DNA of 64,000 nucleotides. Source: Patescibacteria group bacterium. Its GTDB lineage: Bacteria > Patescibacteriota > Patescibacteriia > UBA9934. Shown piece by piece: positions 19,045 to 27,809 of this stretch. The notes under the pieces were generated by a model that was not told where the DNA came from, did not search any database, and saw only the letters and a program-made list of their open reading frames with translations. The stretch is taken from the NCBI GenBank assembly GCA_041666205.1, contig JBAYHI010000001.1, positions 26,894-90,893 on the forward strand, given 5' to 3'. Each line of letters begins with the position of its first letter. Position 1 is the first letter of the stretch. Both the position numbers and the translations under genes were made by a program.

Positions 19045-19546
19045 ATGATTTATCGTCTAAATGCGCAAACGCCGGCCCAGAGTTGGGTCGGCGCGGAGGA
19101 GGAACAGAAGAGACTAGATGGTCAGCTGCCTGGATGCGGAAGCACTGGTGCAGACTTCATCCTTGCAAACCGCCACGATGTACACGAAGTCCTTGCTAAA
19201 GGTTTCTCCCGCGAACACCCTGTGGGTTTCTGTCGATGCCGATTCTCCCGGAACCGACACTCGCTCGTGCACCGGATGCCCTTTCATCTTGTTCACGAGA
19301 GCTCGAGCCAGATCCTCCGCCATCTTTTTGGTCTCATCGCGTTCGCGCGTGAGCGCGTCGATCCTCCGGCGCAACCACCACACCACGAAGATGCTGAGGG
19401 CGACGTAGAAGAGGGAGAAGATGAGGGAAAGGGTTTGCATGGCAAAATCCTCCAAGCATGCAGGTTTGTCCTGCGGTGAGACGTGCGTCGACGAATCGAC
19501 GGTCATAGAGATGACGAAAAAAGATACCAAGAAAACACCGCCACGT
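19045..19546 (-). other. Unit 1 of a GC-rich tandem cassette: promoter (TTGACG-17-TATCTT at 19521-19549), structured 5' UTR, small-TM-protein CDS, terminator hairpin
   Basis: The unit is repeated at 19547-20060. The non-coding flanks are nearly identical while the coding DNA has diverged. Confidence 0.7.
19114..19440 (-). CDS. Small N-terminal single-TM protein (108 aa), cassette paralog 1
   Basis: GGAGG sits 7 nt upstream of the ATG at 19440. An N-terminal hydrophobic helix is followed by a charged helix (RRRIDALTRERDETKKMAEDLARALVNK) and a Cys/His-containing tail. The ORF-track start at 19530 lies upstream of the RBS and is less likely. Confidence 0.6.
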   Translation of the reverse strand: MQTLSLIFSLFYVALSIFVVWWLRRRIDALTRERDETKKMAEDLARALVNKMKGHPVHERVSVPGESASTETHRVFAGETFSKDFVYIVAVCKDEVCTSASASRQLTI

Positions 19547-20060
19547 CAACGTTTCATTCATCTAAATGCGCAAACGCCGGCCCAGCGAGATGGGCCGGCG
19601 CGGAGAGTGATGAGGAGTGCCTAGTTGGCCGGTCCCAAGAATTTTGCCTTGGTGCAATGACCGTCTGAGTCGTGGGCTTCGGCCACGATGTCAAGGTAAC
19701 CACCTTCATGCATCACATCACGTCCAGCGGGGTGGATAGTGAAGCGATCTTCCCCATCAATGCGTCTGGGTTGAGCACCGCAGACATCTATTCCGTTGAT
19801 CTGGTTGATGAGCGCCTGGGCCAAGACGTCAATAATCTGGTTGGCGAACTTGAGCTCGTCTTCGACCTGCTCCACCCTTTTACTGAAGGAGTAGATGATG
19901 ATGAGGCAGAGGATGCCGATGACAAGGGCGAATCCGGCGAGAAGGGTGTTCATGGTAAGTCCTCCAATGCAGTGTGGGCGTCGATGATTCGACGGTCATT
20001 GAGATGACGAAAAAAGATACCAAGAAATCATTGCCGCGTCAATCGCGCAATCAAAAAACC
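19547..20060 (-). other. Unit 2 of the GC-rich tandem cassette (promoter TTGACG-17-TATCTT at 20014-20042)
   Basis: Same architecture as unit 1. A ccggccca...tgggccgg terminator hairpin sits at about 19575-19605. Confidence 0.7.
19621..19953 (-). CDS. Small N-terminal single-TM protein (110 aa), cassette paralog 2
   Basis: GGAGGA upstream of the ATG at 19953. An N-terminal TM helix precedes LAQALINQINGI, which aligns with LARALVNKMKG of paralog 1. Identity to paralog 1 is only about 25-30% by eye. Confidence 0.6.
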   Translation of the reverse strand: MNTLLAGFALVIGILCLIIIYSFSKRVEQVEDELKFANQIIDVLAQALINQINGIDVCGAQPRRIDGEDRFTIHPAGRDVMHEGGYLDIVAEAHDSDGHCTKAKFLGPAN

Positions 20061-20092
20061 ACCAGCAATGTGCCGGTGGTTTTTATTTCGCG
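20058..20092. terminator. Intrinsic terminator of hppA (bidirectional hairpin)
   Basis: aaaaaaccaccagcaatgtgccggtggttttta. Confidence 0.65.
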
Positions 20093-20093
20093 A

Positions 20094-22094
20094 TTAAAGC
20101 ACTGCAACGATGAGCGGGACGATGATCAAAGCGACGATATTCACGATTTTGATCATTGGGTTAATGGCTGGACCAGCTGTATCTTTGTAAGGATCGCCAA
20201 CGGTGTCGCCTGTTACTGCTGCTTGGTGAGCAGGCGAATGCTTACCACCGTAATTTCCTTTTTCAATGTATTTCTTGGCGTTATCCCATGCTCCACCGCC
20301 TGTGGTCATGGAGATTGCAAGGAAAAGACCGGTAACAATCGTTCCAATCAAGAGTCCACCAAGTGCGGCAGGCCCAAGTAAGAATCCAACGGCAATTGGC
20401 ACAACCACTGGCAAGAGCGCTGGCACAAACATCTCTTGGATTGCGGCTTTTGTCACAATGTCCACTGCTTTGCTGTAGTCTGGCTTTTCTTTTCCTTCCA
20501 TGATGCCTTTGATTTCGCGGAACTGACGTCGAACTTCTTCAACGACTTTTCCAGCTGCTTTGCCAACGGCTTCCATTGCGTATGAGGCAAAAAGGTAAGG
20601 AAGCAGTCCACCAATGAAGAGCCCGGCAATAATGTATGGGTCAGCAAGGTCGAATGCGACTTTTGCTCCGTGAAGCGCAAGTTCTTCGGTATAACTTGCA
20701 AACAAGACTGTAGCGGCGAGCCCAGCGGAGGCAATTGCATATCCTTTTGTGACGGCTTTGGTTGTATTTCCAACTGCGTCGAGTGGATCGGTCACTTCGC
20801 GTACTTCTTTTGAAAGTTCAGCCATTTCTGCAATTCCACCAGCGTTATCGGTAATTGGACCGTATGCGTCGAGCGTCACAATCATGCCTGTGAGCGAGAG
20901 CATTGCCATTACGGCCATTGCTGCGCCATAAATATCGGCAAGCATGTAGGAAGCAATAAGACCAGCAACAATCACAAGGACCGGAAGCACGGTTGCGCGC
21001 ATGGAAAGCGCGAGTCCTGAGATGACGTTTGTGCCATGGCCGGTTTGTGAGGCTTCAGCAACGCGCTGAACTGGCTTGTATTCGGTTGAGGTGTAGTATT
21101 CGGTAATCACAACCATCAGTGCAGTAACGGCAAGCCCAACAATCAAGGACCAGTAAATATTCATAGCGTTTACGCCTGCAATATCTCCCAAAATCCATTG
21201 TGTCATTGGATAAAATGCGATAGCGGAAATCACGCCAGCAACAATGACTCCTTTATAGAGCGCGCGCATAATCGCGCCAGTTTTTCCAACTTTCACAACC
21301 AAGCTTCCAACAATCGAGGCAATAATTCCAACCGCGCCGATTGCAAATGGGAACGTAATAATGGCTTCAATGTTTCCAAAGACCTGCGCACCAATAATCA
21401 TGGAGGCAATCATGGAAACTGCATATGTCTCAAAGAGGTCCGCTGCCATTCCAGCGCAATCCCCTACGTTATCGCCAACGTTGTCGGCAATGACGGCTGG
21501 GTTGCGTGGATCGTCTTCTGGAATTCCTGCTTCTACTTTTCCGACGAGGTCAGCACCAACGTCTGCGGCTTTTGTGAAGATTCCACCGCCGAGTCGTGCA
21601 AATACGGAAATGAGTGATCCTCCAAAACCAAGGCCAACAAGTGCGCCAACGTCTTTTGTGATGAGATAAAAGCCAACCACACCAATGAGCCCAAGCGTCA
21701 CGACGAATAATCCTGTAACGGATCCGCCACGCACGGCCAAATTAAGCGCAGGAGACAATCCTTTTTTGGCAGCTTCGGCTGTGCGCACATTTGCGCGAAC
21801 CGAAATCATCATGCCAATGAATCCGGTAAGCCCTGAGAGGATTGCTCCCACCAGGAACCCACAGGCCATGGTCCAGTTTAGGAAAAAGCCAAGAAGAAGG
21901 AAGATAACAGCGCCAACCATGCCAATGGCACGGTACTGACGCGAGAGGTAGGCGTTTGCTCCTTCTTGAATGGCCAGAGCAATACCTTTCATTTTTCCTT
22001 CCCCAGCGGGCTGGCGAAGAATCCAACGAATTAGAAGACCTGTATAGACAATCGCTGCGGCTGCAACGATGAGTGCAATGATGGAAATACTCAT
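20094..22094 (-). CDS. hppA: Membrane-bound proton-translocating pyrophosphatase (V-type H+-PPase)
   Basis: 666 aa with about 15 TM helices and H+-PPase motifs ([38 protein letters not shown]). Confidence 0.9.
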   Translation of the reverse strand: MSISIIALIVAAAAIVYTGLLIRWILRQPAGEGKMKGIALAIQEGANAYLSRQYRAIGMVGAVIFLLLGFFLNWTMACGFLVGAILSGLTGFIGMMISVRANVRTAEAAKKGLSPALNLAVRGGSVTGLFVVTLGLIGVVGFYLITKDVGALVGLGFGGSLISVFARLGGGIFTKAADVGADLVGKVEAGIPEDDPRNPAVIADNVGDNVGDCAGMAADLFETYAVSMIASMIIGAQVFGNIEAIITFPFAIGAVGIIASIVGSLVVKVGKTGAIMRALYKGVIVAGVISAIAFYPMTQWILGDIAGVNAMNIYWSLIVGLAVTALMVVITEYYTSTEYKPVQRVAEASQTGHGTNVISGLALSMRATVLPVLVIVAGLIASYMLADIYGAAMAVMAMLSLTGMIVTLDAYGPITDNAGGIAEMAELSKEVREVTDPLDAVGNTTKAVTKGYAIASAGLAATVLFASYTEELALHGAKVAFDLADPYIIAGLFIGGLLPYLFASYAMEAVGKAAGKVVEEVRRQFREIKGIMEGKEKPDYSKAVDIVTKAAIQEMFVPALLPVVVPIAVGFLLGPAALGGLLIGTIVTGLFLAISMTTGGGAWDNAKKYIEKGNYGGKHSPAHQAAVTGDTVGDPYKDTAGPAINPMIKIVNIVALIIVPLIVAVL

Positions 22095-22208
22095 AGGTTG
22101 TTAGAATTTGTGGGTATCATACGGAGGAAGCCTATGATTTGTCAATAAATACGGGCATAGGAGGATCCTCGGAAATTCGGAAAATTTCGTTTAAGAATTT
22201 TGCAAATA

Positions 22209-22245
22209 TTCGCAAAATTTGTGTAAAAGTCCATTGACCTCAGGG
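22209..22245 (+). promoter_or_regulatory. Sigma70-like promoter (TTGACC ... TAGAGT) for the LysM/M23 gene
   Basis: ttgacc-tcaggggtccaaaaatgg-tagagt, read by eye. Confidence 0.4.
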
Positions 22246-22253
22246 GTCCAAAA

Positions 22254-23600
22254 ATGGTAGAGTGCCTCGTACCTATGGCAAATGATTTACGACAGTTTCT
22301 TAATTCATTCCTGCTACGGATCATTCGACTGCTTGTTCGCGTAAAACCAATCGTCCTTTGGACGCTTCGGAAAACTTTTCAGCCGTTCCGATTTCTCGGG
22401 CGGGTCTTTTTGTATCAGATTGTGGTTCCCTGCTATCGCATTGCGTTTTTTATTCGTCGCAATGTCCGACGTGTTGATCGTCCGGCAAAAAATCGCATGA
22501 TGTTTTTTGTCACAAATCGCCAGGCAATTCATGCGGTGCTCGCTTCCCTTGTCATTCTCATGGTTGTGCTAAACGTTACAACAGACTCTGTACGCGCCGA
22601 AACATTCGGGCAAACGAGTCTTTTGTATCAAATTGTAAGCGACGAGGGCACGGAATTAATTGAAGAATACGCAACCGAAGAAGATATCGGTCAGCTTGTG
22701 AATGTGCACTACCAGGATCAGAATGCCCTTTCGGCCTATGCTCGAGGCGTTGATACAACTGGATCTGCTGATTTGAGCGCACTCCTTGTTGGTGGTGGCT
22801 CGCTTGTTTCGGTGCCAATCTCGGAAGCGTCTGATTCTGTAGCGCCTCGCGATAGCGTTGAAACCTATACGGTACAATCGGGCGATACGCTTTCGATTAT
22901 TGCGGAAAAGTTTGGAATCACCTTGAATACACTGCTCTGGGCCAATAGCCTCACGGTTCGTTCTGTGATTCGCCCTGGTTCAACCTTGAAGATATTGCCA
23001 GTGACGGGTGTTTCCCATACGGTAAAAAGTGGCGATACACTTACAAGAATTGCCTCAAAATACAAAGCCGATGCCGCACAAATTCTTGCCTACAATAAAC
23101 TTGCAAGTGCCAATGATCTTACAGTTGGCGAAACACTCATTATTCCTGGTGGAGAAATCATCTACGTTGCTCCAGTTAAAACGACTCCAACCATCAGCCA
23201 AATTATCAGCCCATCCGGATCGTCAAACGCGGTTGCAACCGCTGCTGGCATGATTTGGCCGTCAGATCTTCATATTATTACGCAGTATTACAGCTGGGTT
23301 CACAATGGACTCGATGTTGATTGCGGGTATACAAACCAAAACTATGCGGCTGCCGATGGGATTGTGACAAAATCCGGGTGGTATTCCGGGTATGGATACT
23401 TGGTCGAAATCACGCACGACAATGGAATTGTAACGCGCTACGGGCACCATAAATCGCTTTTTGTGAGCGCTGGGCAATCTATTTCACAGGGCCAGCCTTT
23501 GGGCGTTTGCGGAACAACTGGGCGATCAACCGGTACTCACCTTCACTTCGAGGTTCGCGTAAATGGTGCCACAACAAATCCGCTCAGCTATATTCGCTAA
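22254..23600 (+). CDS. LysM-domain plus M23 family metallopeptidase (peptidoglycan hydrolase)
   Basis: Two LysM repeats (VQSGDTLSIIAEKFGIT; VKSGDTLTRIASKY) and a C-terminal M23 domain (HxxxD ... GTTGRSTGTHLHFEV). The start codon is uncertain; the N-terminus may start nearer the TM segment around 22500. Confidence 0.8.
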   Translation: MVECLVPMANDLRQFLNSFLLRIIRLLVRVKPIVLWTLRKTFQPFRFLGRVFLYQIVVPCYRIAFFIRRNVRRVDRPAKNRMMFFVTNRQAIHAVLASLVILMVVLNVTTDSVRAETFGQTSLLYQIVSDEGTELIEEYATEEDIGQLVNVHYQDQNALSAYARGVDTTGSADLSALLVGGGSLVSVPISEASDSVAPRDSVETYTVQSGDTLSIIAEKFGITLNTLLWANSLTVRSVIRPGSTLKILPVTGVSHTVKSGDTLTRIASKYKADAAQILAYNKLASANDLTVGETLIIPGGEIIYVAPVKTTPTISQIISPSGSSNAVATAAGMIWPSDLHIITQYYSWVHNGLDVDCGYTNQNYAAADGIVTKSGWYSGYGYLVEITHDNGIVTRYGHHKSLFVSAGQSISQGQPLGVCGTTGRSTGTHLHFEVRVNGATTNPLSYIR

Positions 23601-25133
23601 TTAGGACGCGCGGTTCACAATTGGCTTTGGATGATATTGAATTGCCTCACTCAAGTGGGGCAATTCTATTTTTGTGGCATGCGCAAGATCAGCGATTGTT
23701 CGTGCGACTTTGAGGATTCGCACATATGCTCGGCCTGATAGTTGCAGGCGCTCAATTGCGTCGCCAAGGAGTTTTTGCACGTCGGCCTCAAGAGCGCAGA
23801 ATTGTTTGAGATGTTGAGAGCGCAGTTCTGCATTGCTTTGGAGACCAATGGCTGCATAGCGCTCTTGTTGCAGTTTACGCGCTTCCAGAACGCGATTTCG
23901 AATGGATTCTGATGTTTCTCCGCCGTCCGTTGCACTCAATTTATCAAATGTGACGCGTCCCACATGAACCGATAAATCAAATCGATCCAAAATCGGCCCA
24001 GAGATTTTGCGTTCATAACCGCTTAATTGTTTTGGAGAACAGACGCAGGGCCGGATATTGCTTTCCTGTGAAAATCCGCACGGGCACGGATTCATTGCGG
24101 CAATAAGGGTAAACCGCGCTGGGAATTGAATCGTGCCCGATGCGCGCGAGATCGTTACAATGCCATCTTCGAGCGGTTGCCGAAGATTTTCAATGGAAAT
24201 ACGAGGAAATTCCGGGAACTCGTCTAAGAAAAGTACGCCATGGTGCGCGAGAGATGCTTCGCCAGGTCGTGGCCACGTGCCTCCACCAATGAGCGAGACA
24301 GACGATGCGCTATGGTGCGGGCTACGAAACGGACGCTGCGCATTCAAAATGAGCTCGTTTTGGGGAAACCCGCACAGGGAATGAATTTTCATCACATCGA
24401 GCATTTCGTCTTGCGTGAGTGGCGGAAGAATCGATGGGAGCGAACGCGCAAGCATCGTTTTGCCCGATCCAGGAGGCCCAACCATGAGGAGATTATGGCC
24501 GCCCGCTGCCGCGATTTCGAGCGCACGTTTGGTATATTCCTGACCTTTTACCCAACTTAGGTCGTTTTGAATGAGTTCCGGGCCCACAAATTTTTCGCGT
24601 ACGTGAATGGGCATCGCATCCATCCCATTCAGAGCTAAAACGAGTTGACTGAGCGTTTCAATTGGGTGGACCAGAATATTGTCGACAAGCGACGCTTCGT
24701 TTGCATTTGCTGGCGCAAGAATAATCCCCCGAGCCCCGCTTTGTTTTACAAGAAGTGCCCCGAGCAAAGATCCATTAATAGGGCGAAGGGAGCCGTCGAG
24801 CGCTAGTTCTGCGCAGAAGATGTAATTTCTGCAGGCGTCTTCGGAGATTTCACCCGTTTTTGCAAGAATCGCAAGCGCAATGGGCAAATCATAGGCTGGA
24901 CCTTGTTTCTTAATGTCTGCTGGCGCTAAATTCACCGTAATTCTTGTGCGTGGAAAATGAAATCCGCTATTTCGAATGGCAGCGCGTACACGTTCGCGTG
25001 ACTCGGAAACCGCGGTATCGGGAAGCCCTACAATTGAGAAACTCGGGAGCCCTGGTGAAATATCACATTCAACATCGACTGGAATTGCGTCCACGCCAAG
25101 ATGTGTGAATGATCGAATAAAAGAAAATCCCAT
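23601..25133 (-). CDS. comM: Mg-chelatase-like AAA+ protein YifB/ComM
   Basis: Lon-like N-domain, AAA+ Walker A (GPPGSGKTM) and C-terminal Mg-chelatase domain. Start chosen at MGFSFIRS. Confidence 0.85.
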   Translation of the reverse strand: MGFSFIRSFTHLGVDAIPVDVECDISPGLPSFSIVGLPDTAVSESRERVRAAIRNSGFHFPRTRITVNLAPADIKKQGPAYDLPIALAILAKTGEISEDACRNYIFCAELALDGSLRPINGSLLGALLVKQSGARGIILAPANANEASLVDNILVHPIETLSQLVLALNGMDAMPIHVREKFVGPELIQNDLSWVKGQEYTKRALEIAAAGGHNLLMVGPPGSGKTMLARSLPSILPPLTQDEMLDVMKIHSLCGFPQNELILNAQRPFRSPHHSASSVSLIGGGTWPRPGEASLAHHGVLFLDEFPEFPRISIENLRQPLEDGIVTISRASGTIQFPARFTLIAAMNPCPCGFSQESNIRPCVCSPKQLSGYERKISGPILDRFDLSVHVGRVTFDKLSATDGGETSESIRNRVLEARKLQQERYAAIGLQSNAELRSQHLKQFCALEADVQKLLGDAIERLQLSGRAYVRILKVARTIADLAHATKIELPHLSEAIQYHPKPIVNRAS

Positions 25134-25163
25134 AGCAAAAATGCTTGGGGAGGTTTTCAAAAA

Positions 25164-25601
25164 TTAATTTTTCTGTCCGTTTTTTCTAGCGTACCACAGG
25201 AAGCAAAAAATTCCAGTAACAATGAGGATATCTGAAAGATTGATGGCAGATCGATGGAAAAACACGAGGTAATCTGTAACGTAGCCATTAAGAATTCGAT
25301 CAACAAGATTCCCAATTGCGCCGAGTTCAATACAAATAATGGCATTTGTGATCTCGTGCGCAGGTTTTTTGATTGTAAGATAGACAATGAGTCCCACGAT
25401 GATTACGAAACTCATGAGAATGCTCACGGTTGACGCGATAGGCAGACTAAAAATAATGCCGAAATTTTTATAAAGTGAGATCTCAAACAGCGAAAAATGA
25501 CTTCCAGAAATTTCTGGAAGCCATTGATTTGCTAGGTATTTTGCAGCTCCGTCAATAAGAGCAAGTGCAGCTGCGATATAAACTGGAGCGAATCGGCGCA
25601 T
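25164..25601 (-). CDS. lspA: Lipoprotein signal peptidase II
   Basis: 4-TM protein with conserved GNLVDR and DYL motifs. The longer ORF-track extension overlaps the upstream gene and is rejected. Confidence 0.8.
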   Translation of the reverse strand: MRRFAPVYIAAALALIDGAAKYLANQWLPEISGSHFSLFEISLYKNFGIIFSLPIASTVSILMSFVIIVGLIVYLTIKKPAHEITNAIICIELGAIGNLVDRILNGYVTDYLVFFHRSAINLSDILIVTGIFCFLWYARKNGQKN

Positions 25602-25602
25602 G

Positions 25603-25974
25603 TTACATTTCCTGAGTGAGCGTTTTCTTGCAAGCAACGCACGAGGTAGATGTTGGACGTGCGCGCAAACGATCTTCCGTGATTTCGGCTTTGCAATATT
25701 TGCACATGCCGTAATGCTTGTCGGAAATGCGCTTAAGGGCTGTTTTAACATCGCGGAGTTCGCGTTCAAGTGCGTGCTCGAGTGACAAATTGTCGGTGTA
25801 GGTCGCAACTTCCGAGGCATTTTCATCGTCGCTATCGCCATAATCTGGAAAATCAGACGAATAGTCACCCGGCATATTTGGCGTGCGATGCGTAAAAGCG
25901 CCAAGTTCGCGTTCAAGTTTTTCTTGTTCCGCAATCAATACGCCTTTCATTTCTTCAATAAATTGTTCATTCAT
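25603..25974 (-). CDS. DksA/TraR-family C4 zinc-finger protein
   Basis: Coiled-coil N-terminus with a CxxC-N17-CxxC zinc finger (CKYCKAEI...CVACKK). Start at MNEQFIEEMKG. Confidence 0.7.
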   Translation of the reverse strand: MNEQFIEEMKGVLIAEQEKLERELGAFTHRTPNMPGDYSSDFPDYGDSDDENASEVATYTDNLSLEHALERELRDVKTALKRISDKHYGMCKYCKAEITEDRLRARPTSTSCVACKKTLTQEM

Positions 25975-26039
25975 ACAAATATTCAATGCGCATATGATAG
26001 CGGAATTTTCAAATATAAGCAAGTTCTTTCTGGAAAAGA

Positions 26040-26478
26040 AAAGGCCCTACGCTTAAGGCGCAGAGCGAGGTGGACAGGACGGGCGCGCAGGGTGCGCGAG
26101 GATAGAAAGGAAAAAAGGACAGAAAAGGACTGAGGTAATAGAGCACGGCGGCCAAGCTTGATGAATTAATTCATCTTGGCGCGGTGCGCACGGTGGCCCA
26201 GGGAAACCGTCACTGGGCACTGGGTTCTGAAGGCGATTGATCGTCTTTAGAACTCAGTACCCAACAAGGTCTGCAACCCAGAACCTAATAATGACAACCT
26301 TCTCTACCGGATCTTGGCTTTTGCGACGGCAAGCATTTTGTCGCAGTTGCCGGTGTTCTTATTTTATTCCCCTAAGAACAAGATGCAGTATAGAAGTGAG
26401 ATGTACCCCGAAGAGTGGGCTTCGGGGAACTTCCCCCGTGTCTTGTCCGACCGATGGCCGGACGTACGGGTTTTTGAA
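26040..26478 (+). ncRNA. Candidate structured ncRNA ending in an intrinsic terminator; identity unresolved (RNase P RNA is a possibility, since rnpA is present)
   Basis: About 440-nt ORF-poor region with many local stems (ccaagcttgatgaatt/aattcatcttgg; ccccgaag/cttcgggg). It ends with the cccgt...acggg hairpin plus ttttt at 26435-26475. Segments loosely resemble RNase P conserved regions (ggtaatagagcacgg versus GGUAAGAGCGCACC), but the P4 sequences were not found. Strand and ends are tentative. Confidence 0.35.
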
Positions 26479-26597
26479 AGAACGACTTTGTACTTATATT
26501 TTAGTTTGATGAACAACTAATGTCAACAAATGAATTATGGCTTAAGTTGCAAAAAATATCAGGGCTGTGCACAAAAGTTATGTTTTTCTGAAATAAA

Positions 26598-26641
26598 AAC
26601 TGTGGATAACTATGGGATAAGTCATAGTTTATCCACAGGTT
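26598..26641. terminator. Bidirectional terminator hairpin built from an inverted pair of DnaA-box-like sequences
   Basis: aaaaactgtggataactatg-ggataagt-catagtttatccacaggtttt directly after the stop of the 26642-27808 gene. It contains tgtggataa and ttatccaca. Confidence 0.55.
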
Positions 26642-27808
26642 TTACCAGTAGAGCACAATACAATTCTTTTTGATTATGATTTTATTGAATGCATTCCAAA
26701 GCCCGTTTGATGCACGAAGTAATTCAATGCGATCGCCTTTTGCAATGAAAGAATCGACAAATTCCTCGGGCTGGAGGATAAAAGAACGATTGGTTCCAAG
26801 GAGTTTTTCTATGATTTTTTTCTTATATGCTGGCATTTCTGCACTATTTGAGATCGTGACGCCGAGTGCGTCTTCATGAATGATTCCGAGAATATCATTT
26901 GGATTTGTGATTGTCGTATCGTTTGTCTCCGGGTCATTTGTGAATTCAATCGCACCTGAATCGAGTGAAGTTGTAATTGTTTGAATAATAGAACCATCTT
27001 CTAGAGTCAACGCTGTGGTAGACAAAACATTCTTTCCAAAGAACTCCTTTGAAAGCTCAGCTAGCTGTTCTTGAGATAGATCGGTATTGAAAAGAATCGA
27101 CAGGGCTCCAATAGATTGAATAGTCGTCGTCCCGTCTACGCTAAGCACGCTGTTGCTAGATACGGATTCATCAAAAAACGGCAGATAGGCAATTGGTTGT
27201 GTTTCAAAATCCGCTGTAGCCTTTATCCCGGCCCTGATTCCGGTCACCAGAATCTTATTTTGAGTCACTCGAATCATCCCGCGCAATTTTTTATCGCTGT
27301 TGGAGCGCCATATACCTGTATTCCACGGCATTGGAAGAGAAATATGGAGTTTGTCCTTCTGAATTGACGCAGAGTTCTTTGTTAGAACGGATTTTTGATT
27401 TATGACAACGCAGGTGTAGCCATGGAGCGTTGATTCTTGAAAATGCGAACAGACATCACGATCAATTATGAGCGAGGTCGCGTTATTCGTGGCAAAATTG
27501 ACGCTGATTTCATCTTTTGCGAGTTGCAATGTTTCACTCCATGTCCATGGAGCATCCTGAAATACGGGCTGATTGCCTCCTTCCGCGAGGAGCACCCTTT
27601 GCAATCTAGGGGTTTTAAAGATCCGAATTGAATAGTCGCTCGAAGTATCAGAGATTCGCGCAGTGCTGCCAGCTAGTGTGTAGCCCCAAAAGGCGATGAA
27701 TGCGGAGAAAAGCGCAATCGAAATCAAAGGCAATATCCAAACAACCCGCCAAGATGATCGGCGGGTTGATGGAGATGTATTAATTGGAATATTTAGCTGA
27801 CCGTCCAT
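26642..27808 (-). CDS. Hypothetical N-terminally membrane-anchored extracytoplasmic protein
   Basis: 388 aa with a single N-terminal TM helix and no recognised domain. It is co-oriented with pnp. Confidence 0.6.
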   Translation of the reverse strand: MDGQLNIPINTSPSTRRSSWRVVWILPLISIALFSAFIAFWGYTLAGSTARISDTSSDYSIRIFKTPRLQRVLLAEGGNQPVFQDAPWTWSETLQLAKDEISVNFATNNATSLIIDRDVCSHFQESTLHGYTCVVINQKSVLTKNSASIQKDKLHISLPMPWNTGIWRSNSDKKLRGMIRVTQNKILVTGIRAGIKATADFETQPIAYLPFFDESVSSNSVLSVDGTTTIQSIGALSILFNTDLSQEQLAELSKEFFGKNVLSTTALTLEDGSIIQTITTSLDSGAIEFTNDPETNDTTITNPNDILGIIHEDALGVTISNSAEMPAYKKKIIEKLLGTNRSFILQPEEFVDSFIAKGDRIELLRASNGLWNAFNKIIIKKNCIVLYW

Positions 27809-27809
27809 G

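Noticed and set aside
19045-19561. Plus-strand ORFs 19045-19479 and 19118-19408, and the extended minus ORF starting at 19530
   Set aside because: They are antisense to, or 5' extensions of, the small TM-protein gene. The GGAGG RBS lies immediately upstream of the ATG at 19440, so the longer start would place the RBS inside the ORF.
25602-25934. 256-aa ORF merging an upstream region with lspA
   Set aside because: The N-terminal 110 aa are Arg/Lys-rich low complexity and overlap the DksA-like gene in another frame. lspA homology starts at MRRFAPVYIAA.
26237-26520. Small plus-strand ORFs (90 aa, 68 aa) in the 26040-26520 region
   Set aside because: Cys/Arg-rich, with no RBS or start context. 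The region is better explained as structured RNA ending in a terminator.
26598-26641. Interpreting the inverted DnaA-box pair as a second replication origin
   Set aside because: It sits immediately after a stop codon, is flanked by A- and T-runs, and forms a perfect terminator hairpin. The region has no AT-rich unwinding element or box cluster.
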